This document shows, in pieces, positions 49,830 through 62,653 of a stretch of DNA of 64,000 nt. The stretch lies in contig NC_086098.1 of NCBI RefSeq assembly GCF_963921235.1, positions 86,986,001 through 87,050,000 on the forward strand, written 5' to 3'. The DNA comes from Mobula hypostoma (taxonomy: Eukaryota). A model generated the notes under the pieces. It saw only the letters and a program-made list of their open reading frames with translations. It was not told where the DNA came from and made no database searches. The position numbers and the translations under genes were made by a program. Positions within the stretch are counted from its first letter, which is position 1; each line of letters starts with the position of its first letter.

Positions 49830-52635
49830 TCCATGCAGTCCTAGCAGGGAGGTTTTCTAGTGCTGCATGGAGGTGGGAGAGGGGGTGGTATTAAACTAGA
49901 GTTACAGCGGAATGGGAGCCATTGCGCCATAATAGATTGTGGAGTGGTTGTGGAAAAAATGTTGTTAAGCTTACATACAAGGTCAGGAATCAAAAGATTG
50001 AACATGGTGAGACTGATGTTCTGAGCTGCATATATTTCAATGCAAGGAGTATTGTAGGAAAGGTGGGTGGACTTAGGGCATGAATCAGCACGTGGAATTA
50101 TGACATTGTAGCCATTGTAGACTCGGTTGCAGGAGGGGTGGGACTGGCAGCTGGCTCAGTGTTCCAGGGTTCTGTTGTTTTAGATCTGATAGAGTGGGAG
50201 GGATTGAAGGGGGAGGGGTGCATTACTGGTCAAGGAAAAATTTATGGCAGTGCTCAGTCAGGACAGACTGGCGAGCTTGTACAGTGAGGCTTTATGGGTA
50301 GAGCTGCGGAATAAGAAAGGTATGACCACAATAATGGGATTATGTTATAGATCACCCAACAATACATGGGACTTAGAAAAGCAAATTTGTAGAGAGATTG
50401 CAGACTATTGCAAGAAACATAAGGTTGTAATAGTAGGTGATTCTAACTTTCTTTATATTGACTGGGACTTCCATACTGTAGAAAGGCTGGACAGGAAAAA
50501 GTTTGTCAAGTGTGTTCAAGAAAGTTTCCTTAGTCAGTACATATAAGTTCCAACTGGAGAGAGTCCGGCACTAGATCTCCTATTAGGGAATGAGACAGGG
50601 CAGGTGACAGAAGTTTGTGTAGAGAAAATCTCTTCTTTTTGTACAGTTTGTTGTCTTTTGCACACTGGTTGAATGCCCAAGTTAGTGCAGTGTTTCATTG
50701 ATATTTTTAATGGTTATTATCCTACCATGAATTTATTAAATACCCCCACAAGAAAATGAATCTGAGGTTTATATATAGTGACATATATGTGCCTTGATAA
50801 TAGCTTTGAACTTTGAAAAAGAAGGAGGTGCATTACAAGTATAGGCAGGCAGGAAGAAATTAGGCACTTGAGTATAAAAAGGAAATCAGGAGGGCTGAAA
50901 GAAGGCATGAAGTAGCTCTAGCAGACAAAATGAAGGAGAATCTTAATAGCTTCTACAGATTTTTTAAGATCAAAAGGATAGCAGGGGACAAATTTGGTCC
51001 TTTGCAAGATCAGAGCAGTAATCTATGCATGGAACTGAAAGAGATGGTGGAGATCTAAGTGGACTTTTTGCATCTGTATTTATGCAGGAGACGGTGGTAG
51101 AGTCTATCGACTTGAGGAAATGCATCAGCCAGGTCATAGACCCTAAATAGATTACAGAAGAGGAGGTGTTAGCTGTCTTGAGGCAAATTAGGGAAGATAA
51201 ATCCTCAGGGACTGACAAGGTGATCCCTCAGACCCTTGGGAGGCTGGTGCAGAAATTGCAGGGTGCTCAGCAGAGATATGAAATACCTTTAGCCATGGGT
51301 GAGGTGCTTGAGGATTGGAGGATAGCCAATGTTGTTCCGTTGTTTAAGAAATGTTCAAAGAATAAGCCAGGAAATTACAGGCTGGTGAGCCTGATATCAA
51401 GTTATTGGAAAGTATTCTAATGAACTGGATATGTAAGTATTTGGATAGACAGGGACTGATTAGGGATAGTCAACATGGCTTTGTGCGTGTTAAGTTGTGT
51501 TTTACCAATCTTGCAGAGTTTTACGAGCAAATTACCAGGAAAATTGATAAAGGCAAGGCGGTAGAAGTTATCTACATGGACTTTAGCAAGGCCTTTGACT
51601 AGGTCCCCAATGGGTGGATGGTCAAGAAGGTTCAGTTGCTTGGCATTCAAAATGAGGTAGTAAATTGAATTAGATATTGACTTCATGGAAGAAGCCAGAG
51701 CGTGGTAGTAGATGGTTGCCTTTCTGACTAGAGACCTGTGACTAGTAGTGTGCCGCAGGGATTGGTGCTGGGTTCGTTGTTGTTTGCCATCCAAATCAAT
51801 GATCTGGATGATTATGTAGTTAACTGGATTGGCAAATTTGCAGATGACACCAAGATTGGGGTGTAGTGGACAGAGAGGAAAACTATCAGAGCTTGTAGTG
51901 GGATCTCGACCAGCTGGAAAAATGGACTGAAAACTGGCAGATAGAATTTAATGCAGACAAGTCTGGAGTGTTGCAAATTGGGAGGACCAGCTTGGGTAGG
52001 TCTTAACACCATGAGCAGTCGGGCACAGAGGAGTGCAGTAGAAAGGAGGGATTTGGGAATACTAATCCATTATTCCTTGAAAATGGTGCCACAGGTAGAT
52101 AGGTAGTAAAGAAAGCTTTTGGTATGTTGGCCTTCGTAAATCAATGTATTCAGTACAGCAATTTGGATGTTATGTTGAAATTGTATAGACATTGGTGATA
52201 CCTAATTTGGAGTATTGTGTGCAGTTTTGGTCACCTACCTACAGGAAGGATGTAAAAAAGCTTGAAAAAGTAATGAGAAAAATTACAAGGATGTTGCGAG
52301 GACTTGAGGACCTGAGTTATAGAGAAAGATTGGATAGGTTAGGATTTTATTTGCTAGAACCTAGAAGATTGAGGGGAGATTTGATAGAGGTATACAAAAT
52401 TATGAGGGATCTAGATAGAGTAAATGCAAGCAGGCGTTTTCCACTGAGGTTGGGTGAGACTACAACTAGAGGTCATGAGTTAATGCAGAAAGGTGAAATG
52501 TTTAAGGGGAACATGAGAGAGAACTTCTTCACTCGTGATGGTCAGAGTGTAGAATGAGCTGACAGTGCAAGTGGTGGATGAGCGTTCGAATTCAACATTT
52601 AAGAGAAACTTGGATTGGTACATGGATGAGTGGGT
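49830..52635 (+). mobile_element. Long degenerate CR1 ORF2 (APE endonuclease plus RT), with a Rex/L2 tail inserted at about 50630-50815
   Basis: YFNARSI, EALWVELRNKKG..GLCYRSPN..VVIVGDSNF, KNKPGNYRLVSL, YMDFSKAFD, LEYCVQFWSP motifs. Confidence 0.88.
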
Positions 52636-52859
52636 TATAGACAGTACAAGTAACAACTCATTGTCAGCGTGACAAGACCTCTGTTACCCAGTCTGGTAGT
52701 CATAGAAAGTGGGATGAGGCTATATGGCTGCAGGAGAGGAGAGAGTTGAAGCCATGGAAGGATTTGAAAATAATGAAGATAAGCCTGTGAACAAATCAAA
52801 GATTGAGAAGTGAATTATTTTAGTACTGATTAATATTAATTCATTTATCTTCTGTACAG

Positions 52860-53116
52860 GTCTTCGAGTAATGATCATTACTGCTATAAAGGAAATGAAT
52901 GTGAGGAAGTCGACCTCTGTCAATGCCATATACAAATACATCAATGGTACCTACAAGTATGACATTCAACGGAATCGCCATCTCATCAAGAAAACCTTAG
53001 CAAAACTAATTGCAGAGCAAGTGATTAAACAGGTCAAAGGTCATGGCTTAGCTGGTTCCTTCATTATTGGAAAGAATTACAAAGAACAAACAAAAAGAAA
53101 AGGAACAGAAAAACAG
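52860..53116 (+). CDS. SHPRH: SHPRH coding exon 7 (H15 linker-histone globular domain)
   Basis: acag|(S)LRVMIITAIKEMNVRKSTSVNAIYKYI...VKGHGLAGSFIIGKNYKE...EKQ|gtatta; 257 nt. Confidence 0.95.
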
Positions 53117-54850
53117 GTATTAAGTGCCTGGCTTATAGAAAATAGTTTTACTTCCAAGCCATATTTACTTCCACATCAATTCATTCTACTCGTCAAGACT
53201 GTCTCAGTTGATCTTACTCATGAAATGATAATTTCTCTTAAGTGTTATTAATTGCTCTGTCTGAGCTTCTAAATCTCAGTAAAAGAGAAGATTGTACATC
53301 CAGGTTAACATTTTGGTTTTTCTATGTATTTCAGAAAAAAACACACCCAAAGGAGCGGAAATTGTAATCTGTGAAATTGAGTATTGATAGCATGAGATAT
53401 AGACCTCAGAGAGAAAGAATAGTTTGTTCAAAAAAAAAAGATGTTTTCTTAAGTGTTTCGCATGTATCTTTGCTAAAGAGAAGTATGACTGAGTGGATAT
53501 GTACTCTGATACGGCTGAGTGGATAAATGCAAAATACTGCTGAGAATGGAAAGCTGAAGCTAGAACGCAACATGCTGGAAATATTAAGTAGCCCTGCAGA
53601 TGATCTGAGGGTGATGGGTGTAGAGGGAGAATGGTTGGACTGTTCATCAAGGAAAAATCTAAAAGTTTTCAGGCCTTAATGATAGGAAAAGGAATATTTA
53701 TATGAATGTATGTCCAAAGTACAAATTAAATAGTTGAGGTCAGGAAACTGGGAAACGGAGTATTAGATGTATTGCAAATGTAGATGGCAAGAGACTGGAC
53801 AGGAGAAAAAGGAAGAATCAAAAAGGGATAAAACATGTTCTGTGGCGCAAGAACAAGCTGAAAAGGTGATTCTAAAAAGATAGCCTGTAATAGGATCCTT
53901 GGGAGAATGCAGAAGTAGAATTATGAGGTTGCTTGCTGTGGTGAAATTTCCAAAGCAAAAAATATCAGTCATTGTCTTGAAAAATGGTCTGATGTTTGGG
54001 GTGATGAGGTCATGGGCCAGAAGATATATGATAGTGATCAGAGCAGTCAGCCTTTATAGCTGAACAATAACAACACTTTCTTTGTCAGGATGACAGTATT
54101 GGTGTTACTTTTACTGAAAGTTCAAGGGACTTAAATGACAGTAGGAGAGTGGAACAGGATAGTTGAAATCTTTGATGTCATAGCTGCAATAAAAACACCA
54201 ATAGAGATCATGAAGCCCAAGAGAAGGGTCCAGGTGGTGCAGAAATTTCTAAAAATATTTATTCATTACTTGTCATGTTGTTTGTAATACTAATTCTTTA
54301 TTATCCATTGTAATTGTCTCGAAACTGAGGACCAACTAAGAGTCAAATCACATCACCAAGTCTGAAGTCACATGTAGGTTAGACTGGAAAAGGTAACAGA
54401 TTTCCCTAAATAAAGGATATGATTGAACCAGGTGGGCTTTAACCACCATCCAGCGGGATCACCATTAATGATACCAACCTTTTATTGTGGATTTATTTAA
54501 TAACTGTTGGAGGGTTTCTAGCTTGTGTGTCAGGATGAATGTTTTAAACCCAGAATGAAGGGTGATAAAATCTCACAGATTTACAACAGGGATAGGAAAT
54601 TTTTTTTAAAACAAAAAGTTATGAGACTATGGAATCAATTTTCAGGATTCGTGTGGATGCACAAACAATATAAATGTATGATAACTAGATGAAGGAACAG
54701 GGAAGAAAGAGATGTGGGGACAGAATAGATAAACGAGAATGATTTATTTGCATGAAGGTTTAATTTTGAAAAGCAGTGGTTCAGCAGAATGTTCTAACTT
54801 CTGTGAATAATAAACTATTTTACAAGACTTCTTATTTTGTTTTTGCTTAG

Positions 54851-55555
54851 AAGCTAAGCCCTGGGAAAAGCCTATTGCCCATTTTTCTGAATAACAAGCA
54901 GGAGATGAAAACAGAAGAAACTGATCCTGCTTTGAATACAACAGGCACTGACAAACCATTGGCAAATGATATCTCTGATTGTCTCTTGGAAAATGAAAAG
55001 AACAATTGTAATGAAACTGAGCCATGCAAGAATGAAGCAGAACCACCAGAAGTATCTCAGGAACTTGATCTGAAAGAGGAGACTCATGATGGTGGCTTAG
55101 ATTTTTTGCTGTCTGGACAAGGGATTGCAGAAAATAATGAATCTGGTGAAATAAGGGAAAGTTGTTTTACCTCAAGTGAGGTGCCAATAAATGATAAAAT
55201 TTCCCCAAATATCCTCCAGGGAGATTTGCAAGATATAGACAGAACACAGTCATCTAAAATGACTTCTCCCTACACCAAGTCAAAGTGTCATTTTGAATGC
55301 ATATGCGGTGAAAGTGGATTGGCTGATTATAAAGCACGCATTCAGTGCCTGAACTGCCACTTGTGGCAGCATGCTACATGTGTGAATTACAAGGAAGACG
55401 ACCTTAGTATCAGGCCATTCTACTGCCCCCATTGCCTGGTCAAGATGAAGCCTGTGTCCACATCTGCAACCCTCATTATCTCCCCCAGTTCCATCTGCCA
55501 CCAGTGGGTGGATGAAATTAACAGGCATGTGAGATCATCTTCAATTTCCATCCTG
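54851..55555 (+). CDS. SHPRH: SHPRH coding exon 8 (acidic linker, PHD finger, helicase motif Ia)
   Basis: ttag|KLSPGK...FECICGE...IQCLNCHLWQHATCVNY...FYCPHCLV...ATLIISPSSICHQWVDEINRHVRSSSISIL|gtaagc; 705 nt. Confidence 0.95.
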
Positions 55556-55764
55556 GTAAGCATTGCTACAGAGAGAAATAAGTCCAGATTGTATGAATTT
55601 TTAAAGCATTGTTTCCATAACATATATCACTTTATTCTTTTTCGCTCAATTGTTCTCCAAGTATATTAGAATTATCTATTGCAAGGAAGTTGTAAGGAAT
55701 TTTACTTTAAGAACCTTACTGACTTCTGATTTTAGAATGATATATCCTCATCACTAAGGTTTGT

Positions 55765-56070
55765 AGAATCATAGAGCACTACAGCACAGAAGCAGGCCTT
55801 TCAGCCCATCTAATCAATGTTGAACTGTTGTTCTGCCTAGACCCATCCATCTGCACCTGGACCTGAGCCTTCTATACCCCTCCCATCCATACTCTTATCC
55901 AAATGTCCCTTAAGTATTGCAGTCAAACTCGTTATCCACCACTTCTGTTGGCAACTTGTTTCACACTCTGAGTGAAGAAATTCCTCCTCAGGTCCCCCCT
56001 TAAATATTTCACTTTTCACACTTACCTTGTGACCCTTAGTTCTAATCTCACCCAACCTCAGTGGAAAAAA
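55765..56070 (-). mobile_element. CR1 3' end, inverted relative to 52440-52635
   Basis: Revcomp CCACTGAGGTTGGGTGAGATTAGAACTAAGGGTCAC...AATTTCTTCACTC. Confidence 0.8.
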
Positions 56071-56862
56071 ATTGTCTTCCCATTAGTAGCACACTATTTA
56101 CCCAATTTTTAATAAGCTCCATTTGATTCTGATAGGAGCCTATCCTGAGTCCTAGTATTCTGAGCTCTTAAGTCATCGATATGGTGACCAGCAAGTGCTT
56201 GCTGTAGAACCAGTTGCCATATTGGGTTAGGGAAAAAAAGGTATCCAAAACATATGGCTCATACTGTCCATGAGCTTTGCAAAAGGCAAATAAGTTGTCC
56301 CAATGCCAGTCTGACTACCCCCTGCAGAAAGTAATTGCCATGAGCTCCATTTCAGCTAAACAGGGCCCATCCAGATGTTCTTAAAAGGCCCACAGGAAGC
56401 CACCAAAGGTATTTTTAAAAGAGAGAATTAGATTAGTATGGGAATTACTATTGCTCTTATACCTCATTATTCCTTTTTTTGCTCCATTTATTTATTTTGT
56501 AATTTATGGTAATTTTATGTGTTTGCATTGTACTTCAATAAAACAACAAAGTTTACAATATAGAAGGTGGTGATAATAAACCTGATTCTGATCCTGATTG
56601 TTACCATTGCTCAACACCAGCCTCTAATGATTGCTTGTGGATCGTTATCACACCTAATGGACTATTTCACTATGATGGTTTAAAGTCTCATTCAACATAT
56701 ATCCATAACTGCTTAATTTAGCTTTATAATTAATAATTTTTATTTAATTTTTATATATTATTTACCCACTATTTTGATTAGTTTTGACAATTTAAAGTAG
56801 TTTAATTATTCAGGATAGCACGTTCATCAGCAAATCCAGCTTCCACTGTTTGTCCTCTACAG

Positions 56863-57114
56863 GTGTACCAAGGAGTGAAGAAACATGGTTTTATACAACC
56901 TCATGCACTAGCAGAGCATGAGATAGTCATCACGACATATGATGTACTTCGAACAGAGCTGAATTATGTCGACATACCTCATAGTAACAGTGATGATGGG
57001 CGTCGATTACGCAAAGAGAAACGCTACATGGCCATTCCAAGTCCTCTAGTTGCAGTGGAGTGGTGGAGGATCTGTCTGGATGAGGCTCAAATGGTTGAAT
57101 GTGCCACTGCCAAG
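56863..57114 (+). CDS. SHPRH: SHPRH coding exon 9 (helicase motif II, DEAQ)
   Basis: acag|VYQGVKKHGFIQPH...WWRICLDEAQMVECATAK|gtgagg; 252 nt. Confidence 0.97.
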
Positions 57115-57250
57115 GTGAGGCTGTAGAAAGCAAACTTTGTAGGCGGGAATTGTATCTAGAGTATAGGATGACCAGATAAGGGGTCTTAACCTGAGATGTC
57201 TGTGGAATGCATTGCCAAAGAAGGCTGTGAAGGCTAAGTCATTGGGTATA

Positions 57251-59703
57251 CAGTGCTTTGAAAAAGTATTTCACCCCCACAACTTTTCATATTTTCATAT
57301 TCTAAATTTAAAATACATTGAAATGGGGTTTTTGAGCTAATCTACACAACATTGTGCATAATGTCAAATCAAAAGAAAAATTCCAAAACCTGTCAACAAT
57401 TTACTAAAATTAAAAAACAAAATTGTGAGGCTGAAAAACTATTCATCCCCTTTGTAGTTACTATGCTAACTCTCCTCAGCTGCAATACTGTATACTACCT
57501 TACCAACTCATCCAATTTGTTGGTGTAAAAATTTGGAGGATCGCCTGTTGTCAATGAGTTCATAAGAATAATACCCTCTCTCTCTGTAAGATCTACCAGT
57601 ATGGTAAATTTTCAAAAGACCAGAACAAAATGAAGACAAAAGACATGTCTGGGAAATGATAATAGAGAAGCACAAATCTGGGGAAGGGTACAAGACCATC
57701 TCAAAGGCTCTGAACATATGTCAGAGCTCAGTGCAGTCCATCATGAAAAAGTGGAAAAAATATGAAAACACTGCCACATTGCCTAGGTCAGGCTTTCCCT
57801 TTAACCTTAACTGCCTGAGCAGAATAGCACTTGTAAGAGAGGCTACTGTGATGCTAACAGTCGCTCTTAAGTGAGCTGCGGATGTTGGCGGCTCTTGGAG
57901 ATGAAATTCATGGCTCCACAATCTCTAAGGACTTGCACAAAAAGGGTATTTATACAAGAGTGACAAGGAAGGAGTCCTGGCTAAAAGAGCATGTCCTTGC
58001 CCGTAAAAACTTTAGAAAGTGCCACTTAGAAGGTAATGTAAAAATGTGCAAGACGGTCTTGTGGTCGGATGAGACTAAAGTGCAACATTTTGGCCTCAAC
58101 ACTAAGTGGTTTCTGTGGCATAAATCTAATATTGCATTTCAGTTAGGTCACACCATAAACACAAGAAATTCTGCAGAATCTGGAAATCCAAGGAAGCACA
58201 CACAAATTGCTGGAGGAACTCTGCAGGGCAGGCAGCATCCATGGAAATGAACAATCAGTCAACATTTCAGGCCGAGACCCTTCTTCAGGACTGAAACGGA
58301 TGCCAGAATAAAAGAACTGGGAGGAAGGGAAGAAGGATAGCTAGAAGGTGATAGATAAGGCTAGGTGGGTGGGAAAGATAAAGGGCCGGAGAGGAAATAA
58401 TCTGATAGGAGAGGAGAGTGGACCATAGGAGAAAGTAAAGGAGGACTGGGCACCAGGGGGAGGTGCTATGCACGTGAGAAGGGGTAAAAGGCCAGAGTGG
58501 GGAATAGAAGAGAGAGGAAAGGTAGGGAATTTTTTTTTACTGGAAAGAGAACTTGATATTCATGCCATCAGATTGGAGGCTACCCAGACAGAACACAAAG
58601 TGTTGCTCCTCTACCCTGAGGGTGGCCTTATCGTGGCACAAGAGGAGACCATGGACCGAGATGTTGGAACGGGAATTAAAATGTTGGTCACTGGGAAGTT
58701 CTGCTTCAGGTAGATGGAGCAGTGGGGTCGATGTAGCGGTCCCCCAATTTATAACAGGTCTTACCAATGTAGAGGAGGCCACGTCAGAGCATCAGATACA
58801 ATAGGTGACCCAGCAGGTTTGCAGGTGAAATGTTGCCTCACCTGGAAAAACTGTCTGGGGCCCTGAAAGCAGGTGAGGGAGGAGATGAATAGGCAGGTGT
58901 AGCAATTTGGCTGCTTGCAGGGATAAGTGCTGGGAGGGAGTTTAGTGGGAAAGAATGAATGGACAAGGGAATGCCTTTGGAAAGCAGAGAGTGGGGGGGA
59001 GGTGGAATGAGTTAACACCAGCCCTACTGTAGAGGCTATGGTGATGCTTTTCAGCAGCAAGGACTGGAAATATGGTGAGGATTGATGGGGAGATGAATGC
59101 GGTTAAACACAGGGAGATCCTGGATAGAAACCTGGTAGCCTCTGCCTGAAAGCTTAAATAGGGGAGGAAGTACATCTTTCAACAGGACAGTGACCCAAAG
59201 CACACTGCCAGAACAACCATGGAGTGGCTTCAAATGAAGAAAATTGTTGTACTTGAGTGGCCCAGTCAAAATCCTGACCTTAACCCAATCAAACAGTTCT
59301 GTCAACACCTCAAGAATGCTGTCCATTGCTGCACCCCAACTAACCTGACACAGCTTGAGCAATTTTGCAAGGAGGAATGGGAGGAGCTTGCTCCATCACA
59401 TTGTGCAAAACTAACAGAGACTTATCCAAAAAGACTACTGGTTGTAATAGCTGCAAGAGTTAGTTCAACTAAGCACTGAGCAAAGGGGGATGAATACTTT
59501 TGAATTGCTGACATCTCAGTTTTAGAATTTTTAGTTTTTCATGCTATATAATTTCCCCCTTTTTTGCCGGGGTGGGGGCTGTACTGTGAAAAAAGGAGCA
59601 TGTGATTCACAAATAACAATCCTCAGTTAAATTGATAAAATCCCTGGTTGTAACTCATTTATGTGAACCAGTGGTTGAAGCTGAATACTTTTTCAAGACA
59701 CTG
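57251..59703 (+). mobile_element. Tc1 (IR/DR-type) transposon with decayed DDE transposase, nested in a CR1 tail
   Basis: TA|CAGTGCTTTGAAAAAGTATT ... AATACTTTTTCAAGACACTG; inner repeats near 57432 and 59482; HKSGEGYKTISKAL, VLWSDETK, FQQDSDPKH, LEWPSQNPDLNPI. Confidence 0.9.
58157..59010 (-). mobile_element. Penelope-like (Neptune-type) fragment inserted in the Tc1 transposase
   Basis: STYPCKQPNCYTC..QVRQHFTC; LRVEEQHFVFCLGSLQSDGMNI; imperfect TSD GTCACACCA / TTAACACCA. Confidence 0.85.
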
Positions 59704-60048
59704 ATTTTGAAGCAGAGATTGATAGATTCTTGATTAGTAGTGGCGTCAAAGATTATGGAAGAAGGCAGGAGAATGAGGTTGCGAGGGATAATAAATCAGC
59801 CATGTTGGAATAGTGGAGCAGACTTGATGAACTGAATGGTCTAGTTCTGCTCCTATGTCTTATGGACAAAATGGCATATTGCTGATTCCATTTTTTATGT
59901 TCTGAATTCTCTTTCTCTTGAATATAAATAATCTTTTCAGGGTTAATTTTTGAAATGAACAAACCATGCATAGTATTTTTCTTGATGATAAAGAAGAATT
60001 TTCACACTCAGAATTACTCCTATTTGCCTTTGTTTCTTTTTCATACAG

Positions 60049-60127
60049 GCTGCCGAAATGTGTCTACGATTGACTGCCATTAATCGTTGGTGTGTCACAG
60101 GAACCCCTGTCCAAAGGGGCTTGGAAG
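60049..60127 (+). CDS. SHPRH: SHPRH coding exon 10 (helicase motif III)
   Basis: acag|AAEMCLRLTAINRWCVTGTPVQRGLE|gtatgg; 79 nt. Confidence 0.96.
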
Positions 60128-60364
60128 GTATGGCTTCATACAGCTTCTTATGATCATTAGCTCTTTTCTATTTACTTTCTTTTATAGAATTGTATTAGAG
60201 GTAAGAGTCTTTTAGTTTGGAAATTATCTTATACAGGAAAAGGATGAGTGTTATTGCTGATTATATCTGTGGTGCCCATGGTTACCTGTTTGTGAATGTG
60301 ACTGACATGCTTATAATTAAGTATTAATGAAAATAAAGATGATGCTGGTTAGAGCATTGAGTAC

Positions 60365-61015
60365 ATTCATCCCAGGAATGAAAGGGTTAACATGTGAAGA
60401 GCGTTTGGTGGCGCTGCACCTGTATTTGTTGGAGCTTAGAAGAATGAAAGAGGATCTCATCGAAACCTATCAAATATTGAAAAGCCTACGTAGCGTAGGT
60501 GTAGAGAGGACATTTTCATTAGTGAAACAGTCGAGGATCAAAGGGCACAGCCTCAGAATACAAGGAGCATTATAATGTCTGAGGAGTGTTTGATGGATCT
60601 GGGCCTGTACTCGCTGGAGTTTAAATGAATGAGGGGGGGATCTCGTTGAAACATTGAATATTGAAAGGTCTAGATGGAGTAAACATGGAGAGTATGTTTC
60701 CTCTCGTGGGAGAGTCTAGGACCAGAGGGAACAGCATCAGAATAGAAGGATGTCCCTTTAGAACAGAGATGAGGAAGAATTTATTTAGCCAGAGGGTAGT
60801 TAATCAGTAGAATTCATTGCCACAGACAGCTGTGGAGGCCAAGTCATTGGCTATATTTAGAATGGAAGTTACTAGGTTCTTGATTAGAAAGGTCATCAAT
60901 GGTTGTGAGGAGTGTAATCTTTGACGCCCTTACTAATAACAAATCAGCCAAGATGGAATGACAGAATAGACTCAATGGGCCAAATAGCCTAATTCTGCTC
61001 CTATGTCTTATGGTC
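60365..61015 (+). mobile_element. Two tandem CR1 3' fragments
   Basis: CR1 ERL..LLELRRMKEDLIETY block occurs twice, followed by the CR1 terminus. Confidence 0.75.
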
Positions 61016-61243
61016 TCATAGTCATAGACTAGCAATTAAGGTAATAATGGCAACTGAAATAGCACGTCATCATTTGTACAAAGTACTTCAAGCATTGCTA
61101 AAAAATGTTTGCAATTTACTTTTTGCTTTGCTCTATAGTGATGGAAGTAAATATGGTGTATATGTCGGCTTCCATTCTTTTTTGACTTTTGAAATCCAGA
61201 CCAAATTTTGGTGTAGCTAATTTACTTCTCTTTCTCCTCTTAG

Positions 61244-61407
61244 ACTTGTATGGATTAATACTCTTTCTAGGTGTCGACCCATATTGGGTTAAACACTGGT
61301 GGGACCAACTCCTATACCAACCATACTGCAGAAAGAATCCTATTCCAATCTACACACTCATAGCAAAGATCATGTGGCGAACGGCAAAAAAGGATGTTCT
61401 TGATCAG
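61244..61407 (+). CDS. SHPRH: SHPRH coding exon 11
   Basis: ttag|(D)LYGLILFLGVDPYWVKHWWDQLLYQPYCRKNP...KKDVLDQ|gtatat; 164 nt. Confidence 0.96.
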
Positions 61408-62233
61408 GTATATATAGCCGGACATCTTTGGAACGTGGGAGGACACCAGAGCACCTAGAGGAAGCCCACACAGTGAAGGGGAGAAGTTACAAACTCCTTG
61501 TAGACAGTGGTGGAATTGAACATGGGTCACTGGCATTGTAATAGCAGTACACTAACTGCTACACTACTGTGCTGTCCTTTACTGAGCTTTAACTGGCCCT
61601 TAACAAGTTTCATAGTGCACTAGCTAACTCACACCATGAGTACCAATGTACTAATAGTATAAGTATTTATTCTTAATTTAAAAACCCTCATCTTTTCTTC
61701 AGTCCATGCTTGTAACATCTTTCCACATTATAACCCACATCTGTATCGTTGCTTCTCCTATTCAGTCCTGGTGTTCCCAAGCCCGTTTTCTTCACCTTTG
61801 TGGTTGTAGTTTCACTCATCTCAATCTTACACACTATAATTCTTTCTCCATACACTTCTTTTTCCATTTCCTTTAAGCATTGTGTATAACCTATCTACTT
61901 GCCCAAGTGTTTAGTTGATAGTATTACATGGCTTGATACCAAATTTTATTTAACAATAATTCCTTGGGAGTATCTCAAGACATTCCATATTGTTACAGTC
62001 GATCTACTTATAAACATTATTTCCAGAAAATGATTTTGGGCAGAGTTCATGTCTGTAGGAGGTGATAATAACTATCTCTTTCCTCCTTCTCCTGTTATTT
62101 GTTAAGGATTGGCATCCGTAAAGGTTAATTGTGGATACAGTCACCCTGATCTTCTGATCAAACATGAATGGATTGGTCAGTCACCTGCATCTGTATATCT
62201 TAAATTTTTCATTACTTGCTGCTTTTCTCCCAG

Positions 62234-62490
62234 ATCAAGATACCTCCTCAGACTGAAGAAGTTCATTGGCTGGAATTTTCACCAGTGGAAAGACACTTCT
62301 ACCATCGACAGCATGAAATTTGCTCCCAAGATGCATTGCAGAAGCTGAGAATGATTTTTGATTGGAGCATCAAGTTGAGCCAACTTGATAGACGCACAGT
62401 TGGTTCTATTTTGTATCCCTTGTTGAGATTAAGGCAGGCATGCTGTCATCCCCAGGCTGTTCGAGGAGAGTTCCTGCCAATACAGAAGAG
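62234..62490 (+). CDS. SHPRH: SHPRH coding exon 12
   Basis: ccag|IKIPPQTEEVHWLEFSPVERHFYHRQHE...LLRLRQACCHPQAVRGEFLPIQK|gtatgc; 257 nt. Confidence 0.97.
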
Positions 62491-62653
62491 GTATGCATAG
62501 AATAAAAGGTAATTTATAGTACATTCATGGCAGCATGTAGAGAAATAAAAACACATGGATGATTCAAAGGCAGGGAACCCAAACTTAAATTTTTGAGCAA
62601 AAGCCTCAAGGGAAAGGTGAAGGTGAGGGAAAATATTTTCCTTGATAATTGTA

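Noticed and set aside
52871-53251. Stand-alone histone H1-like gene
   Set aside because: It is the H15 exon of SHPRH, with splice sites and phases matching its neighbours.
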